A stretch of 11,608 nt of DNA, counting the filler, from Pachysolen tannophilus NRRL Y-2460 (Eukaryota), in NCBI GenBank assembly GCA_001661245.1. It is 10 parts of 10 records of this genome, joined end to end, with 100 filler letters (N's around TTAATTAATTAA, not from the genome) between each part and the next. Parts side by side here need not be neighbours in the genome. Positions count along the whole stretch, not along the records: positions 9,469 to 10,492 come from KV454101.1; positions 10,593 to 11,608 come from KV454102.1; 8 more parts are not named here. One strand, given 5' to 3'. Numbering within the stretch: position 1 is the first letter of the stretch; each line of letters opens with the position of its first letter. A program made the translations under genes and the position numbers. Of this stretch, positions 9,369 to 11,608 are shown in pieces. Below the pieces are notes generated by a model. It had not been told where the DNA came from and made no database searches. It saw only the letters and a program-made list of their open reading frames with translations.

Positions 9369-9468
9369 NNNNNNNNNNNNNNNNNNNNNNNNNNNNNNNN
9401 NNNNNNNNNNNNTTAATTAATTAANNNNNNNNNNNNNNNNNNNNNNNNNNNNNNNNNNNNNNNNNNNN
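9369..9468. other. Artificial assembly spacer
   Basis: 44 N + TTAATTAATTAA + 44 N. Confidence 0.97.
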
Positions 9469-9583
9469 TTTATTTATTTTTTTTTTCTTTTTCTTCTTTT
9501 AGAAATCCCAATATGTTTATAATTAAATTGATAAATGAATTATTTAAATCGAATAAACTATATAGTAGTAACACCATTAAAAC

Positions 9584-10168
9584 TCATAAATTATTTTGAA
9601 ACTCTTCAAGTAGATTTTCAGCCAGTGCAGCCCATTTCTCAACTAATTTATGTTTCCCATCCAACAACTCTATATCTTCACTAAAATATTTATGATTTAA
9701 AACTTTACTTATAAATAATTCGTCTTTCATTTCTTTCCAAATCTTATCCACTTTCATGGAAGCTTCTTCGTTTTCACTGTCTTTCAAACAACTCAAGATC
9801 CCTATAGTCTTACCAACATCTAATCCGATATTTGCACCAACTTTATAACCATCATCAAAACCTCTTTGAGTACTTTTTTTCTTATTTTCAGTTAAACCTT
9901 CTACATAACCTCTCTTTGCATGTTGCCTTCTAAGTGCCAAAGTATCAACATGCTCCCCACCTTCCGTCCGCCCAGAATCTCCAAAATTATGATCTTCTTC
10001 ATTTGCTGCATGAGGTTGAAAATGTTCTTCATCACCATCAGATAACCAAACATCTTCCTCTTCTTCAGAAACTGTCTGTACACTGTTTTCCAATTTCTGA
10101 CGTTTCTGAGCCAAATTGCTCACCAAAGCCAGGCTATCCTGCTGTTTATTGCCTTTAGGATATACCAT
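9584..10168 (-). CDS. YAE1: Yae1 (deca-GX3 adaptor for Fe-S cluster insertion into Rli1), 194 aa from the first ATG
   Basis: DVW acidic motif, then LRRQHAKRGYVEGLTENKKKSTQRGFDDGYKVGANIGLDVGKTIGIL (GX3 repeats) and a C-terminal H..V.KW. The track's TTG start at 10207 is unlikely in yeast. Confidence 0.88.
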   Translation of the reverse strand: MVYPKGNKQQDSLALVSNLAQKRQKLENSVQTVSEEEEDVWLSDGDEEHFQPHAANEEDHNFGDSGRTEGGEHVDTLALRRQHAKRGYVEGLTENKKKSTQRGFDDGYKVGANIGLDVGKTIGILSCLKDSENEEASMKVDKIWKEMKDELFISKVLNHKYFSEDIELLDGKHKLVEKWAALAENLLEEFQNNL

Positions 10169-10260
10169 CTCAATTCCATTATTCCTCTTCCTTTTACCAA
10201 TCCTCAAATTAAAAAAAAGAACAATTTACCATAATATAACCAACCCATCCTTTCATCATC

Positions 10261-10299
10261 CTCATCATCGTTTCTTATACCGCTAAAAGCTGAAAATTT
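10261..10299. promoter_or_regulatory. PAC-like (GATGAG, minus strand, 10261-10266) and RRPE-like (TGAAAATTT, 10291-10299) elements upstream of YAE1
   Basis: Both motifs lie about 90-130 nt upstream of the ATG, consistent with ribosome-biogenesis co-regulation; short motifs in AT-rich DNA can arise by chance. Confidence 0.45.
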
Positions 10300-10492
10300 G
10301 CAAAAAAAAGTCTATCATCAGACGGAGAAGTTTGACTTCTCCGCTTTTTACTTTACTTATCCGCCTAGGAGACCTTATGACCCTTTAAAAATTATCTTCT
10401 CCAAAGATCTCCTTTCTGGAGACAGTATGACCCATAAAAATTTCTCCGTCTCCGGTTTTTTAAATTTTTTTTTTTTTTTTTTTTTTTTTTGG

Positions 10493-10592
10493 NNNNNNNN
10501 NNNNNNNNNNNNNNNNNNNNNNNNNNNNNNNNNNNNTTAATTAATTAANNNNNNNNNNNNNNNNNNNNNNNNNNNNNNNNNNNNNNNNNNNN
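10493..10592. other. Artificial assembly spacer
   Basis: 44 N + TTAATTAATTAA + 44 N. Confidence 0.97.
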
Positions 10593-10953
10593 AAAAAAAA
10601 NAAAAAAAAATAAAAATAAAAAAAGCACAACTGTTCTCACAGATATTAAGATAAAAGCTAAAACCACGGCAAAAGATGTTATCTTAAATATATATATATA
10701 TTAATATATATATGAGGAAGTAACTTAAAAAGCAACTCTTTTCCTCTTGCTTCTTTTTTTTTTCGTCAAGTATAGACTAGACTATTACGGTATTAAAGAA
10801 TGTTCGGTATTAATTATCAAAAACGATGAAGTAGTATTGTTCAAATATATTAACGTTAACTAACAACTCACCCATATATATATATATATATAAATATGAC
10901 TCCTTTTTTATTCCTCGTTTAAATCTTGCCACTACTTACATTAGGCATCTAGG

Positions 10954-11300
10954 CCCCAATGAGTCCCCAATGATTGTGGGGGATAAGCTGGACGGGGGCA
11001 CTAGTTTAGCCGGGGAAAGAAGGGGGGGGCATGGACAGCGCTCTTTTGCGTAGAATAAACTAGAAGGAAACTTTTTTAAAGGAGCAAAAGAGAGTGAGTC
11101 ACTGGGAGGAGGAAGGAAGTTGATGTGTTTTTTTCGGCCCAGATTATTTATTGGTCACGGTTTGTAAAGGTAAAGCGGGCCATTCTTATCTATCTAATCG
11201 CATAAGGTAAAAAAAATAAAAAATGAGCGGCACCAGCTAATAATTAAGAAAAAAAGAGAAATTCTCGATATCCGGTTTTCCGAGTGCTCATCTTCTTATC
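10954..11300. promoter_or_regulatory. GC-rich UAS-like region with CCAAT, GATA, Gcn4/AP-1 and Mig1/STRE-like motifs
   Basis: CCCCAATGA twice (10954, 10965), GATAAG 10982, CTTATC 11185 and 11295, TGAGTCA 11095-11101, GTGGGG/CCGGGG/AGGGG; TATA-like (TA)n at about 10875-10894; no ORF in the track. Confidence 0.5.
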
Positions 11301-11452
11301 AATCGAATAGAGGGCAGATTTTCAAAGATTGTGGCTGGTCAAAACCAAATTCTTATGCTGGCCCTTTGGTCTAGAACATGGGTCCGGTTTTTTAAGTTGG
11401 GCGTTGGACCAAAGGCTGTGTGAGTGATGCAATTTATTCGGAAACGTAATCC

Positions 11453-11554
11453 ACATCCATACACCGCTTTTCTTCCTTACACCAAACTTTCTCGGTTTCT
11501 TGGGTGTGCGGATGTTGTTGAAGTTGTAGCTATACTCTTAGGGCTTGTTGCCCT
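11453..11554. promoter_or_regulatory. Cluster of Rap1-like sites plus a Tbf1-like palindrome, followed by poly(dT)
   Basis: ACATCCATACACC 11453-11465 (+), TCTTCCTTACACC 11471-11483 (+, degenerate), ACATCCGCACACC 11515-11503 (-), TTAGGGC-ttgtt-GCCCT 11538-11554. Confidence 0.55.
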
Positions 11555-11608
11555 CTTTTTTTTTGTTTGCTTTTTTTTTTTTTTTTTTTTTTTTTTTCGT
11601 CCTTTTAG

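Noticed and set aside
9901..10158. Two short ORFs overlapping YAE1
   Set aside because: Alternative-frame or antisense ORFs with non-ATG starts and no motifs
126..10168. H1-AIM41-SIW14-RPL21-adhesin-b5-YAE1 as a functional gene cluster
   Set aside because: Each gene is on a separate contig ordered by length, so no linkage can be inferred
10298..10540. 80-aa ORF running into Ns
   Set aside because: TTG start, promoter-like sequence, terminated only by the artificial linker
10931..10942. TACTTACATT as the 5' end of U1 snRNA
   Set aside because: Mismatch in the invariant ACTTACCT and no U1 stem-loops or Sm site recognised
11436..11450. ATTCGGAAACGTAAT resembling the RNase MRP P8 region
   Set aside because: The conserved P4 elements (GAAAGTCNCC and CAATGGNGCTTA) are absent

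Overview
This is not one contiguous locus. It is ten unrelated ~1.0-1.1 kb contigs from an AT-rich, intron-containing budding yeast (Saccharomycotina). They are joined in descending length order by nine identical 100-nt artificial spacers (44 N + TTAATTAATTAA + 44 N), so gene adjacency across spacers is meaningless. Recognisable genes: a three-exon linker histone H1 (HHO1-like, single globular domain), the 3' exon of an AIM41/YqeY-like gene, SIW14, intron-containing RPL21, a 360-codon internal fragment of a Ser-rich tandem-repeat cell-surface protein that the ORF track missed, the first exon of a cytochrome b5-domain gene, and YAE1. Three contigs are non-coding and look like promoter DNA. The two most interesting signals are CTG codons at positions where Leu fits poorly (possible CUG-Ala or CUG-Ser genetic code) and a promoter-like region combining telomere-type Rap1 sites with a Tbf1-like palindrome. 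I found no convincing novel multi-gene system.
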